DNA from: Patescibacteria group bacterium | Lineage (GTDB): Bacteria; Patescibacteriota; Patescibacteriia; UBA9934; GWF2-40-263 | Assembly (NCBI GenBank): GCA_038065075.1 | Contig: JBBTRQ010000008.1 | Location: 11,960 to 75,959, forward strand | DNA: 64,000 bases | Direction: 5' to 3' | Part shown: positions 37,729-47,150 of the stretch, piece by piece | How positions within the stretch are numbered: the first letter of the stretch is position 1 | How the letters are laid out: each line of letters opens with the position of its first letter | The notes under the pieces: generated by a model | The model's input: only the letters and a program-made list of their open reading frames with translations | Told to the model about the DNA's origin: nothing | The model's database searches: none | Program-made: the position numbers and the translations under genes

Positions 37729-39144
37729 TCAAGGAGCGGGGGTCTCGTCGCCCTGATCGTGAGCGAGCTGCGCGCGCATTTCTTCAAGCTGACGCGCCTG
37801 CTCGTCCACCTCGCGGCGGAGTTCCGAGCGGGTCTCGGAAAGCTCGCGGGAGAGCGAGCCGACTTGGCCGCCGACACGACGATCGAGCGCCTGGATCGAC
37901 TCCCGACTCTCCACGGCCAGAGACGCGTAGTTGTCGCGCTCCTGCGTGAGGTCCACGATCTCCGCGTCCTTCTCGGCCAGCACCGGGACGAGTCGCGCCA
38001 GTGTCCGAGCGTGGCTCTGGAGGCTCTGCGTGTGCTCGGCGATGACCTCATCCTGTGCCGCATCGCGCTCCAGGGAAGCGGTGCGGATCTGCCCGTCGGC
38101 TCGCATGAGGAAGGCCGCCACGACGCCGATGAGCGCCATGCACAACACGAGGATGATCCACAGCTCCCCCTGCAGTCCGCGAACGTCCTGCGCATGGATC
38201 TTGGCTGCCGGCTGGGGTTCCTGATGGAGGGCAGTGCCGGCGATCGGGGTGCGATTGCGCGTACCCTTGCGTCGAGCCGGTGGAACCACCCGGATTGGGA
38301 CGAAGTCGGCCTTGTCGGCCGCGTCCTGGAGGGCGTTGAGCATCTCGACCTCTTTCGCAATGAGCAACGGCTCGGGCGGCGGCGGGCCATCGTGAGCGAG
38401 GTCTATCTCCCATTCGTCCAAGACGAGGTCGGGAACCTCGTCGAGCTCGTCCACGGCTACGTCGTAGCGCTCCATGGCTTCGCGCAGTACACGCGCATCA
38501 AGATCCTCGGGCGACTCGGGTTCTGGCGGTGCGATCGTCGCCTCTGCCGCTGTGCGATTGACCTGCTCGGACAGTTGCTTGATCGCCCACCGGTTGTGGG
38601 CGGCGGCGATGTGCTCGATGGCGCTCTTGAACAGATGCGGCTCTGGCTCGACAGTGCCGCCCAGGACGCGCAGCAGAACTTGCCAGTCGCGTCCGTTGAC
38701 CTGTTCGCAGCGCTCCATGATCGTTACGGCGGTCCGGCCGAGATCCTCTTCGTTGAAGGGCGCGCTCGAAAGATCGACGAAGGCGAGATTCTTCCGCACG
38801 AACTCGAGCTGGCCTTCCAGCGTCCGCAGGCTCTCGATCTCGTGATCGACGACGCACACGTCTTCGATCTTGAGACCCGTGCCGGTCGTGCCTCGCCGCG
38901 TGCGTACCACGCGACTGGTCGCGAGGGCATCGGCGCGCGCCCGGGCTTCCTCATCGGCGCGCGCGATGTCCTCGTTGCGGTCGCGCGGGACGAGCCGAAT
39001 CGGCGTGGGGGGAGCAGCTTCCCGGTCATCGATCGTCTCCGCGTCAGGCGGAGCGGTGGCGGCGTTGGTGTGCAGACGAAGGGGCGCCCCGTCAGCGGGG
39101 TCGTTGGCATCGTTGCTCATGCGGTCTCCTGTGTACGGAACCAT
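37729..39144 (-). CDS. GC-rich orphan with TM helix and C-terminal coiled coil
   Basis: Two in-frame ATGs (39144, 39120), each preceded by AGGAG. Confidence 0.72.
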   Translation of the reverse strand: MVPYTGDRMSNDANDPADGAPLRLHTNAATAPPDAETIDDREAAPPTPIRLVPRDRNEDIARADEEARARADALATSRVVRTRRGTTGTGLKIEDVCVVDHEIESLRTLEGQLEFVRKNLAFVDLSSAPFNEEDLGRTAVTIMERCEQVNGRDWQVLLRVLGGTVEPEPHLFKSAIEHIAAAHNRWAIKQLSEQVNRTAAEATIAPPEPESPEDLDARVLREAMERYDVAVDELDEVPDLVLDEWEIDLAHDGPPPPEPLLIAKEVEMLNALQDAADKADFVPIRVVPPARRKGTRNRTPIAGTALHQEPQPAAKIHAQDVRGLQGELWIILVLCMALIGVVAAFLMRADGQIRTASLERDAAQDEVIAEHTQSLQSHARTLARLVPVLAEKDAEIVDLTQERDNYASLAVESRESIQALDRRVGGQVGSLSRELSETRSELRREVDEQARQLEEMRAQLAHDQGDETPAP

Positions 39145-39265
39145 GGCCGTCTCCTTTCTCATCTTAGGATTTTCTGTCCTTTTAGGGAAAGGGACAGGGA
39201 GTTAAACTCCCATAATATAAAGCGGTTGTCAACGGATGTGCTCAAATGCAGGATTCAGGAGGATA

Positions 39266-39294
39266 TTGACAAAATGTCAACGGCCGAGTATCTT
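39266..39294 (+). promoter_or_regulatory. sigma70-type promoter
   Basis: TTGACA-17-TATCTT. Confidence 0.65.
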
Positions 39295-39364
39295 TTTCGG
39301 GTTCTGGCTCCGTGGCAACCAGCACGTTCCTTCCACATCCCGCCACATCCTCATGGAGCATCCG

Positions 39365-40393
39365 ATGCCGACCGAGACCACCGACAACGGCGCCAAGAGC
39401 GTCTTCGTCTTCCCCAGCCGTCCCGAGGACGCCGTCGTCCACCTCGTCATCAACGTCAGGGGGATGCAGGGCGATGGCCTGCTCCTGAGCGCCTCGACGA
39501 TCCCCGGCAGTCAGACCTGGGAGCACGACGAGGTCGAGCAGATCTTCCGCGACTCCCGCACCGTGCCCATCAAGGGCGTGTACGTCCTGGAGACCAACAA
39601 CGACGGCACGAACTTCGTCATCACCCCCGAGGGGGTGGATCAGGACGACCGCCGCGCGCTCGTCTGGACGCTGTCCAAGCGGCTCGACCGCTTCCTCATC
39701 GACCTCATCAAGGCCCTGCGGGCCTTCCCGTCCGCCGAGGTCATCGACCAGGCCGCGCGGGAGGGCGTGGCCCGCATCAACATGGGCAGCCTCGAGCGCG
39801 ACCCGATGGGCACCACCCCGGTCGTCGACGCCCGCAACGTGGTCGTCGAGGGCGTGAAGTGCGTGCACTGCGGGTTCGGCATCGAGAGCGCGCTCGGCCA
39901 GTTCCCGGGCCGCCTCCTCCTCATCGCCGCCATCGACGACGACAGCACCACGGTCGGCAACCTCAAGTTCATCGTCCGCGAGCGCGACGGCCAGCCCGTC
40001 GTGCTGGTGGGCTACCTCGGCGACAAGAACGCCTTCGCCGCCTTCCTCAACGGGGAGCTGGCCCAGCGCGTCCGCGCGGCGATCCAGGCCGTGGCCGTCG
40101 AGGTCGTGACCGAGATCCTCGTCCGCGCCGAGAACGGGCGTCGGCAGTTCGAGCGGATGGTCGATTCCGTCCAGGCCACCTACGGCATCGACCCCGAGGT
40201 CGTCGTCCAGCGCGTCAACGAGCTGGAGGCCGAGGCCCGCGCCCAGCGCACCCCGCCCGAGGACAAGGTCGACGACTACGACGGCAACGAGGACGACCTC
40301 CTCGACGAGGAGCCCGCCGGCGACCCCGCCCCCGAGTCGGCCGCCCCCGCGGAGCCCGCCCCGGCCCCCGTGGAGGCCGGGGCCTCCACCTGA
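39365..40393 (+). CDS. GC-rich orphan with acidic/Pro-Ala tail
   Basis: GGAG SD, extreme GC3, terminator at about 40416-40457. Confidence 0.8.
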   Translation: MPTETTDNGAKSVFVFPSRPEDAVVHLVINVRGMQGDGLLLSASTIPGSQTWEHDEVEQIFRDSRTVPIKGVYVLETNNDGTNFVITPEGVDQDDRRALVWTLSKRLDRFLIDLIKALRAFPSAEVIDQAAREGVARINMGSLERDPMGTTPVVDARNVVVEGVKCVHCGFGIESALGQFPGRLLLIAAIDDDSTTVGNLKFIVRERDGQPVVLVGYLGDKNAFAAFLNGELAQRVRAAIQAVAVEVVTEILVRAENGRRQFERMVDSVQATYGIDPEVVVQRVNELEAEARAQRTPPEDKVDDYDGNEDDLLDEEPAGDPAPESAAPAEPAPAPVEAGAST

Positions 40394-40545
40394 TCGACCC
40401 CGTCGATCGCACGCACCCCTGATTCACCGAGTCTGACTCGAAGGATCGGGGGTTTTACATTTCCGGCAAAATCCTTTATTCTTGCAGTTACCTTGGCGGT
40501 GGCAGCCAGGCATTCAATTCAACCCTTGCCACATTGGAGAGACCA

Positions 40546-40830
40546 ATGGAGCCCGGAAGCGACGCCCCGATCATCGAGGAGCCCGGAACCGAGAGCCCCC
40601 CGCCCGCGCAGGAGCCCGCGCCCGCCGGCGACCCCGCCTCCGAGTCGGCCGTCGCGCCGCCCGAAGGCGACGCCCCGGCGCAGGAGTCCGCGCCCGCCGC
40701 CCAGAGCGACGGCGGCGAGGCCCCCGGCGAGGAGGCCCACGAGGACGGCGACGACGACGACGAGGAGCCCGACGGCGACGACGACGACGAGGACGAGGAC
40801 GCCCCGCCCACCGAGGAGAGCCAGGGCTAG
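40546..40830 (+). CDS. very acidic low-complexity orphan peptide (94 aa)
   Basis: TTTACA-17-TATTCT promoter (40454-40482), GGAG SD; D/E-rich with no K or R. Confidence 0.6.
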   Translation: MEPGSDAPIIEEPGTESPPPAQEPAPAGDPASESAVAPPEGDAPAQESAPAAQSDGGEAPGEEAHEDGDDDDEEPDGDDDDEDEDAPPTEESQG

Positions 40831-41019
40831 ACACGCCCCGGCCAAGTACATCCAGAACCCCAACGGCGAGGTCACTCGCATCACCAGCGCTTGCTGGACG
40901 CACCCCCGAAATTCCGTCACGGAGTCTCGGGGGATTTACTTTTTTAGACATCGCGACTTTTTGTCGCTATACTCGCCACTGATTCATCGCAGGCTAAAAT
41001 CTTTGACACGCGCTCAAAT

Positions 41020-41073
41020 GGTAGCCGCAGGCTTCAGCCTGCGTCCGAACGCGGGCTAAAGCCCGCGGCTACC
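41020..41073. repeat. GTAG-type REP doublet
   Basis: GGTAGCCGCAGGCTTCAGCCTGCGT...ACGCGGGCTAAAGCCCGCGGCTACC. Confidence 0.85.
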
Positions 41074-41089
41074 CAGAGCGGCTACCACT

Positions 41090-42172
41090 ATGCTACAAGT
41101 TGGAATCGTTGGGCTCCCCAACGTCGGCAAGTCCACCCTTTTCAAGACACTCACAAAAAAGCAGGTCGACTGCGCGAATTTTCCGTTCTGCACGATCGAA
41201 CCAAACGTGGGTGTGGTGGAGGTACCCGATGAGCGGGTTGACGAGCTCGCTCGAATGTCAAAGTCTGAGAAGATCATCAAAACAGCCGTTGAGTTCGTCG
41301 ATATCGCCGGGCTCGTGAAGGGGGCACATAAAGGAGAGGGACTGGGCAACAAGTTTCTTGCCAACATCCGAGAGGTCGACATGATCGTCCATGTGGTGCG
41401 AGCGTTTGAGGATGGGAACGTCGTGCACGTTGAGGGCAACATCGACCCGGCTCGCGATGTGGAGACGATCGAGATTGAATTGGCCATGGCAGATATCAGC
41501 ACGGTCGAGAAACGACTCGACGGCGTGCGCGGCAAGATGAAGGCAGGGAAGACGAAGGACCTCGAACTTGAAGAAGCGGCGCTCGCCAAATGGTTTGCCG
41601 TGCTTGAGCAGGGGAAGATGGCGAACACGGTTGAGCTGACCGATGAGGAGCGTGAGGTGGTGCGGGACGTGAGTCTGCTCACCAACAAGCCGATCTTGTA
41701 CGTCCTCAATGTCGCTGAAGGTCAAACTCCGACCCCCCTCCTTTTGAAGGAGGGGTTGGGGGTGGTTACGAGTGAGCAGCTTCCGATTTCGATCAAGCTC
41801 GAATCAGAGATCATGGAGATGGCGCCGGAGGATCAGCAACTTTTCCTTGAGGAACTCGGTCTCAAACAATCAGGTCTGGATCGCCTCATCGCCAAATGTT
41901 ACGAGTTACTCAATCTGATTACGTTCCTCACGACCGGTGAAAAAGAAACCCGCGCATGGACGATCACGCGCGGGACCAAGGCGCCGCAGGCCGCGGGCGT
42001 CATTCACACAGATTTTGAAAAAGGATTCATTCGCGCTGAGGTCATTAGCTATGAGGATTTCGTCGCCCATGGCGGCGAGGCTGGCGCACGCGACAACGGG
42101 AAATTGCGGGTGGAAGGGAAGGACTACGTCATGCAAGACGGCGATGTGAGTCATTTTCGGGTGAGTACGTAG
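41090..42172 (+). CDS. ychF: redox-regulated ATPase YchF
   Basis: [34 protein letters not shown] motifs; TGS domain. Confidence 0.97.
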   Translation: MLQVGIVGLPNVGKSTLFKTLTKKQVDCANFPFCTIEPNVGVVEVPDERVDELARMSKSEKIIKTAVEFVDIAGLVKGAHKGEGLGNKFLANIREVDMIVHVVRAFEDGNVVHVEGNIDPARDVETIEIELAMADISTVEKRLDGVRGKMKAGKTKDLELEEAALAKWFAVLEQGKMANTVELTDEEREVVRDVSLLTNKPILYVLNVAEGQTPTPLLLKEGLGVVTSEQLPISIKLESEIMEMAPEDQQLFLEELGLKQSGLDRLIAKCYELLNLITFLTTGEKETRAWTITRGTKAPQAAGVIHTDFEKGFIRAEVISYEDFVAHGGEAGARDNGKLRVEGKDYVMQDGDVSHFRVST

Positions 42173-43374
42173 ATGTCGCGAGCCACGAGTTGGTCCTCGC
42201 GATAGTACAGATAGGTGTCGAGGACTTTGTAACCGAGTTTCTCGAGGAGTGGCTTCAAAGGAAGGCGGTGCCAGTCACCGTCTTCTTGCCCGCCATAGCC
42301 CGTCGGTCGGCGACGGGTTGATTTGTAGGCTGGGAACGCGACGACGGCGCGGCTGGTTGGTTTCAAGAGTGACGCGAGCGACTCGAATGACTCGCCAAAA
42401 ACAGGCATGAGCTCCGACTCAAGCTGACGACTCTCTCGATCATCGACGGCTTTGAATCGAGGATTGCCCAGGAAGACTTCGGTGACAAGGAGGTCAATGC
42501 TAACCACCCCCGACCCCTCCTTCAAAAGGAGGGGAGCATTCGCAGCGGTAGAGACAAGTAAATTTATCTTAGGTGGCGTGAGTCCAAACGCGGCGACGAG
42601 CCAGTTCATGTTTTTCTTGGTGTCGGCGACGGCCTTCTCCGAGATGTCGCTTCCAATGATTTCTGCACATCCCATGAGAGCGCCTTCCATGAGTACCGTT
42701 CCCGATCCACAAAACGGATCGAGCAACACGGCACCACGAGGATCGATTCCAGAAAGATTGATCATCATGCGAGCGAGCTTGGGGGGAAGCATGCCGGACC
42801 TGGCATCGCGCGCGGGGCGGCCGTAATCACGGTCTGACCAGGCTTTGAAATTTTGGATGGCTTCCGTTTGTCCGATGAGGATGTTGTTCTCGCACACGAG
42901 GAGCACGTACTCGCCGCCGGACTCGAGCAGGCCATTGGTTTCAACGATCGCCGAAGACAGGCGCGGCTCCTTGCCTTTCACGTACCGCACAGGTCGACCG
43001 ACTTCTTTGAGACGTTTTTTTACCTCAAGTCCCAACTGGTCCAGGTCGCGCTCGAGAAACCGGGTCGCTTTTTTGTTGCCCAGGTCATAGACGCTCAATC
43101 CAAAACTGATTTTGTTTTTGCCCGCCGCGCCGCTGGCGAGGCTCGCAACTAAATCGGCGGCCTCGATTTTATTCCACGCCTTGAGCTCACCAGCAACGCG
43201 GCCAACTTTCACGATGCCGCCCAGGCGCTCCTGGAGCTCGCCCAAGTTCCGGTCGATGGGTTCAATCACGACCACAGACTCGGAAACAAAAACAGGACGG
43301 TACTCGCGACCCAGTACGGCCTTTAGTTCCGCGATCGAAAGTTCAGGATGAGATCCGAGGATGAAGTAGATCAT
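42151..43374 (-). CDS. TRM11/THUMP-like SAM-dependent (RNA) methyltransferase
   Basis: GMLPPKLARMMINL, LLDPFCGSGT and GSDI motifs; CT-ATG start at 43374. Confidence 0.8.
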   Translation of the reverse strand: MIYFILGSHPELSIAELKAVLGREYRPVFVSESVVVIEPIDRNLGELQERLGGIVKVGRVAGELKAWNKIEAADLVASLASGAAGKNKISFGLSVYDLGNKKATRFLERDLDQLGLEVKKRLKEVGRPVRYVKGKEPRLSSAIVETNGLLESGGEYVLLVCENNILIGQTEAIQNFKAWSDRDYGRPARDARSGMLPPKLARMMINLSGIDPRGAVLLDPFCGSGTVLMEGALMGCAEIIGSDISEKAVADTKKNMNWLVAAFGLTPPKINLLVSTAANAPLLLKEGSGVVSIDLLVTEVFLGNPRFKAVDDRESRQLESELMPVFGESFESLASLLKPTSRAVVAFPAYKSTRRRPTGYGGQEDGDWHRLPLKPLLEKLGYKVLDTYLYYREDQLVARDIYVLTRK

Positions 43375-43389
43375 AGAAAAACGTTCTCC

Positions 43390-43467
43390 CGTCATTGCGA
43401 GCGACCGAAGGAAGTGAAGCAATCTTCGAAGATTGCTTCGTCGGCCTGCGGCCTCCTCGCAATGACG
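43390..43467. repeat. REP-like palindromic element (GTCATTGCGAG family)
   Basis: CGTCATTGCGAG...GAAGCAATC/GATTGCTTC...CTCGCAATGACG. Confidence 0.85.
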
Positions 43468-43592
43468 AGATGAGTACATCCTCTCAAATATTGACCTTTT
43501 TTACAAAGGACGCTAGGATTCGACCGCTAATATTTAACTGTCCATGATCCAGTTTATCTGGGTCGTCCCGAGCAAAACGGGACCAGTACTCT

Positions 43593-44105
43593 ATGAAGGA
43601 ATACGAACTCCTTTACATTGTGGGCACGCAGTTTACCGATCAGGAAATTGCAGGCATCCAGTCCAAATTGGACGATCTGCTGACCCAGGCCGGCGCAAAG
43701 GTTTTGAAAACGCAGAACCTCGGCAAGATCAAACTCGCGTACCCCATTAAGAAGATCCGCCATGGATCATATGTGCTCTCGTACTTTGACGCGGAGCCTT
43801 CCGTGATCACAGACATCAACCGACGGTTGGGTCTGGCAGAAGAGATCCTGCGTCACACGCTTCTGGAGCGTCCCTCTGGCGCCCTTGAGCGCACCTTCGA
43901 ACTCACCTCTTACGTGGCTCCTCTTTCCGAGGAAGCCAAGACAGAGCGTGAAGTGAAACACGCCCCGGTGAGGACATTCAAGAAGGCCGAGCCACAGCTC
44001 CCATCTCCGACGCCTATTTCGGTAGGAGACTCATCCATGAGCATGGAGGAGCTCGATCAGAAGCTCGACAAGATTCTTGAGGGCGACATCGCTGAAAACA
44101 TTTAA
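43593..44105 (+). CDS. rpsF: 30S ribosomal protein S6 with C-terminal extension
   Basis: YELLYI...LGKIKLAYPIKK...ILRH; rpsF-ssb-rpsR synteny. Confidence 0.95.
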   Translation: MKEYELLYIVGTQFTDQEIAGIQSKLDDLLTQAGAKVLKTQNLGKIKLAYPIKKIRHGSYVLSYFDAEPSVITDINRRLGLAEEILRHTLLERPSGALERTFELTSYVAPLSEEAKTEREVKHAPVRTFKKAEPQLPSPTPISVGDSSMSMEELDQKLDKILEGDIAENI

Positions 44106-44116
44106 TCTCATCGTGT

Positions 44117-44587
44117 ATGTACTCGCTTAATCGTGCCACGATCATCGGCAACCTCACGCGAGATCCGGAAATGCGTAAGACGCAAACGGGACAGAGCGTC
44201 TGCTCGTTCTCCGTGGCGACAAACCGCAACTGGACCGGACAAGACGGTACCAAGCAGGAGGCCTCGGACTTCCACAACGTCGTGGCCTGGGGCAAGCTCG
44301 CGGAAATCTGCGGGCAGTACCTTACCAAGGGTCGCAAGGTGTACGTCGACGGCCGCATGCAAACGCGCGACTGGGAAGGCCAAGATGGCGTGCGCCGCTA
44401 CCGCACAGAGATCGTCACAGAGAATATGATCATCTTGGATCGCCCTGCTGGCGGAGCTCCATCGGGAAATTACGGTGGAGGCAAACCGTTTAGTCCACCC
44501 GCGTTCACGCCCCCCGCTCCACCCGTACAAGAGGATCACGCACCAAATCCAGATGACGAGATTAAGATCGAAGACATTCCGTTTTAA
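44117..44587 (+). CDS. ssb: single-stranded DNA-binding protein
   Basis: LNRATIIGNLTRDPE...EDIPF tail. Confidence 0.97.
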   Translation: MYSLNRATIIGNLTRDPEMRKTQTGQSVCSFSVATNRNWTGQDGTKQEASDFHNVVAWGKLAEICGQYLTKGRKVYVDGRMQTRDWEGQDGVRRYRTEIVTENMIILDRPAGGAPSGNYGGGKPFSPPAFTPPAPPVQEDHAPNPDDEIKIEDIPF

Positions 44588-44613
44588 CCTGCCTGTAGTG
44601 AGTTTATCGAACT

Positions 44614-44844
44614 ATGGAAAAAACAAACCCAGCTGTCCAGAAGAAGAAGCAATGCTACTTCTGCTACAACAACATTCAATACGTCGACTATAAGGACGTG
44701 AACATCCTGCGCCGATTCCTTTCTTCCTTCGCGAAGATTGTCGCGCGCAAGCGTTCCAAAGTCTGCATGTTCCACCAGCGCGGACTCACAAGCGCCATCA
44801 AGCGCGCGCGCGTCATGGCGATTCTGCCGTTTGTCCAGCGCTAG
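44614..44844 (+). CDS. rpsR: 30S ribosomal protein S18 (Zn-ligand form)
   Basis: CYFC...DYKD...C..HQR..AIKRAR. Confidence 0.96.
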   Translation: MEKTNPAVQKKKQCYFCYNNIQYVDYKDVNILRRFLSSFAKIVARKRSKVCMFHQRGLTSAIKRARVMAILPFVQR

Positions 44845-44846
44845 GC

Positions 44847-45644
44847 ATGCTGTCCCGTGAAGATATTCTCCGACGCCTTGCCATGTGGCAGGATGTCGAA
44901 CACAAGATCCACGCGTTTTTTCAAGCGCGTGGTTTTGTTTCTGTGCGCACTCCGCTTGTCGTGCAAGCCCCTGGCATGGAACCCAACCTTGATCCACTCG
45001 AGGTCTCAGTCAACAAGCAACCTCACGCCCTTATCACGAGCCCTGAATATTCGATGAAGAAGCTCATGGGCGCGGGAATGGAAAAGATCTACACGCTCAC
45101 ACCGGTCTTTCGAAATTTTGAGGACGGAAAACTAAACACGCCGGAGTTCACCATGCTTGAGTGGTACGCCCCAGGGACGTATGAAGATCTGATGTCGAAA
45201 ACGGAGGAGCTGTTACAGTTCGTGTTAGAAGATAGGTCCGATTGGTCCCAACTGACCTATGATCAAGCCGCGGTAGACCAGTTCGGTGATCCGCACACGG
45301 ACGCAAAACGTTTTTTCGTCACGCGCTATCCAAAAGAACAGGCCTCGCTCGCCCGGCTCTCTGATGACGGCTCGTATGCCGAACGCTTTGAAGCCTTCGG
45401 GGACGGCATGGAACTCTGCAATGGATTTTGCGAGTTGCTCGATCCAGTCGAACAAAGGCGTCGATTCCAACTTGAACAAGAGGAGCGACGTGGGCTGGGC
45501 AAGACGGTTTTCCCGATCGATGAGTCATTCCTGGAGGCACTCGGGAGGATCAAAGGACCTATCTACGGGAACGCCTTGGGAGTTGACCGACTGGTGATGC
45601 TCAAGTACGCTATCGCCAACATTCGCGATATACATCTCTTTTGA
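44847..45644 (+). CDS. epmA: EF-P lysine aminoacylase (EpmA/GenX)
   Basis: TSPEYSMKKL, FRN, PEFTMLEWY, ELCNGF.EL and ALGVDRL motifs; adjacent to efp. Confidence 0.9.
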   Translation: MLSREDILRRLAMWQDVEHKIHAFFQARGFVSVRTPLVVQAPGMEPNLDPLEVSVNKQPHALITSPEYSMKKLMGAGMEKIYTLTPVFRNFEDGKLNTPEFTMLEWYAPGTYEDLMSKTEELLQFVLEDRSDWSQLTYDQAAVDQFGDPHTDAKRFFVTRYPKEQASLARLSDDGSYAERFEAFGDGMELCNGFCELLDPVEQRRRFQLEQEERRGLGKTVFPIDESFLEALGRIKGPIYGNALGVDRLVMLKYAIANIRDIHLF

Positions 45645-45655
45645 ATTTTCATTTG

Positions 45656-45743
45656 TGTCATCCCGAGCGAGCGAAGCGAGCCGAGGGATCTCGAATTTGA
45701 GATCCCTCCACTCGGCCGTCGAACGGCCTCGGTCGGGATGACA
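45656..45743. repeat. REP-like palindromic element (GTCATCCCGAG variant)
   Basis: TGTCATCCCGA...GAGGGATCTC/GAGATCCCTC...TCGGGATGACA. Confidence 0.85.
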
Positions 45744-45752
45744 GGACAAACT

Positions 45753-46319
45753 ATGGCATCACCAAACGACATTAAGAAAGGCACCGTCATCAATCGCGAC
45801 GGAGAACTCTGGTTCGTGATTGAGTTTCAGCGCGTGGCTCCAGGGAAGGGAAGTTCCTTTGTCCGTACACGCATGAAGCACATCACCAATGGAAAGGTGA
45901 AGGAAGAAAACTTTAAGTCAGCGGAGAACCTCACGTTTGAGGACGTGCAGTACAAGAAGATGCAGTACCTCTACAATGACGGGAACCTTTATACGTTCAT
46001 GGACAACCAGACGTACGAACAGCTCTCGATTGCCAAAGGTGATATCGAAGATGCCATTCCGTACATGAAAGAGGGACTGGAAGTGAAGGTCGTCATTCAC
46101 AACGACCTGGCTCTCACGATTGAACTCCCACAAAAGATTCAGTACACGGTCGGCTACACTGAGCCGGCGGTGAAAGGGGACACGGCCTCCGGCAACGTCC
46201 TCAAGGACGCGGAAATGGACAACGGTCTCAAGGTTCGCGTGCCTGTGTTCATTGCCTCCGGCGACGAGATCCTTGTGAACACCGACACCGGCGCCTACAG
46301 CGAGCGCGTAACGAAGTAG
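45753..46319 (+). CDS. efp: elongation factor P
   Basis: PGKG loop, PAVKGDT and VPVFI motifs. Confidence 0.97.
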   Translation: MASPNDIKKGTVINRDGELWFVIEFQRVAPGKGSSFVRTRMKHITNGKVKEENFKSAENLTFEDVQYKKMQYLYNDGNLYTFMDNQTYEQLSIAKGDIEDAIPYMKEGLEVKVVIHNDLALTIELPQKIQYTVGYTEPAVKGDTASGNVLKDAEMDNGLKVRVPVFIASGDEILVNTDTGAYSERVTK

Positions 46320-46369
46320 AAATGAAAAGGCCTCTGGCGAGTACGCCGGAGGCTTTTGTATTCGTGGCC

Positions 46370-47071
46370 TCAGCACAGACGCCGGGGCATGAAGTGGGGA
46401 CGCAAGTCGATCGCGGGCGAAGGCCGGGTCGGTGCGATGCACACACGAGCCAGGTCGACAGCCAGGTGGAAGAAGTCGTGCCAGAACGGCAGGGGTTTGG
46501 GAGCGGCCAGGCGTTCACGCAGAGCCGCCCGTTGCGCGGCCAGGCGCTTCTCGTGGAGTCGGCGCTGGTCGTCCTTCCATGCCTCGACGAGCTCGAGGAG
46601 TCTGTGACCGCAGAAGTTGATGATGTCGAACTTCTCGATCTTGGCCGTGATGGCGTGGACGCGCACGCCCAGGAGGTTCTCCGCACCGAAGTCGCGGAAT
46701 CGACGAACGATCGCCTTGATCGCCTCGGCGACTCGACGACCTACGGCGACGAGATCGGCATTGCGTCGGTGAGAACCGATCACCTCGACGTAGAGGCGGA
46801 TGCCGCGGGTCACGGTCGTGAGGCTTCGCAGGGCGAAGGCGAAGATCTTGGTCCGGTGCTTGGGGCGCAGGGTGAGCTGAATCCCCAGATCCGGGCGACC
46901 CCCGCCGGGCGAGACGATGAGATCGAGGAGGTCCTCGATGTCCTCGTGCCCGCGATGCGGCGTACGACGGTGATCGACTCCGAGTTCTGTGAGGCCGTCC
47001 GAGACAGCCTGTTCCAGCACGAGCCCAGCTTTGTACGTTCTGCTTCCGCGATCACTCACGAGACCCTCCAT
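46370..47071 (-). CDS. GC-rich orphan, possible PD-(D/E)XK-fold protein
   Basis: G..LE...L...D.....DLIV...GIQLT pattern; GGAGG precedes GTG at 47059 (alternative start). Confidence 0.6.
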   Translation of the reverse strand: MEGLVSDRGSRTYKAGLVLEQAVSDGLTELGVDHRRTPHRGHEDIEDLLDLIVSPGGGRPDLGIQLTLRPKHRTKIFAFALRSLTTVTRGIRLYVEVIGSHRRNADLVAVGRRVAEAIKAIVRRFRDFGAENLLGVRVHAITAKIEKFDIINFCGHRLLELVEAWKDDQRRLHEKRLAAQRAALRERLAAPKPLPFWHDFFHLAVDLARVCIAPTRPSPAIDLRPHFMPRRLC

Positions 47072-47150
47072 GTCATCGAGTAAAGCACCACAGCCAGCAT
47101 AGCGGCTCAGCCAGCAGAAAGCAAAAACAGGGGACGACCCCTGCTTTACT

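Noticed and set aside
36161-40422. Long alternative ORFs (531 aa at 36161, 911 aa at 37687 and similar)
   Set aside because: Antisense or off-frame shadows of high-GC3 genes: R/G/L-rich, no SD or promoter, and they overlap better-supported ORFs.
5151-45743. GTCATTGCGAG / GTCATCCCGAG palindromes as novel ncRNAs
   Set aside because: Dispersed REP/RPE-like repeats of a widespread type; recorded as repeats. The ORF-track N-terminal extensions of the methyltransferase and efp through them are spurious.
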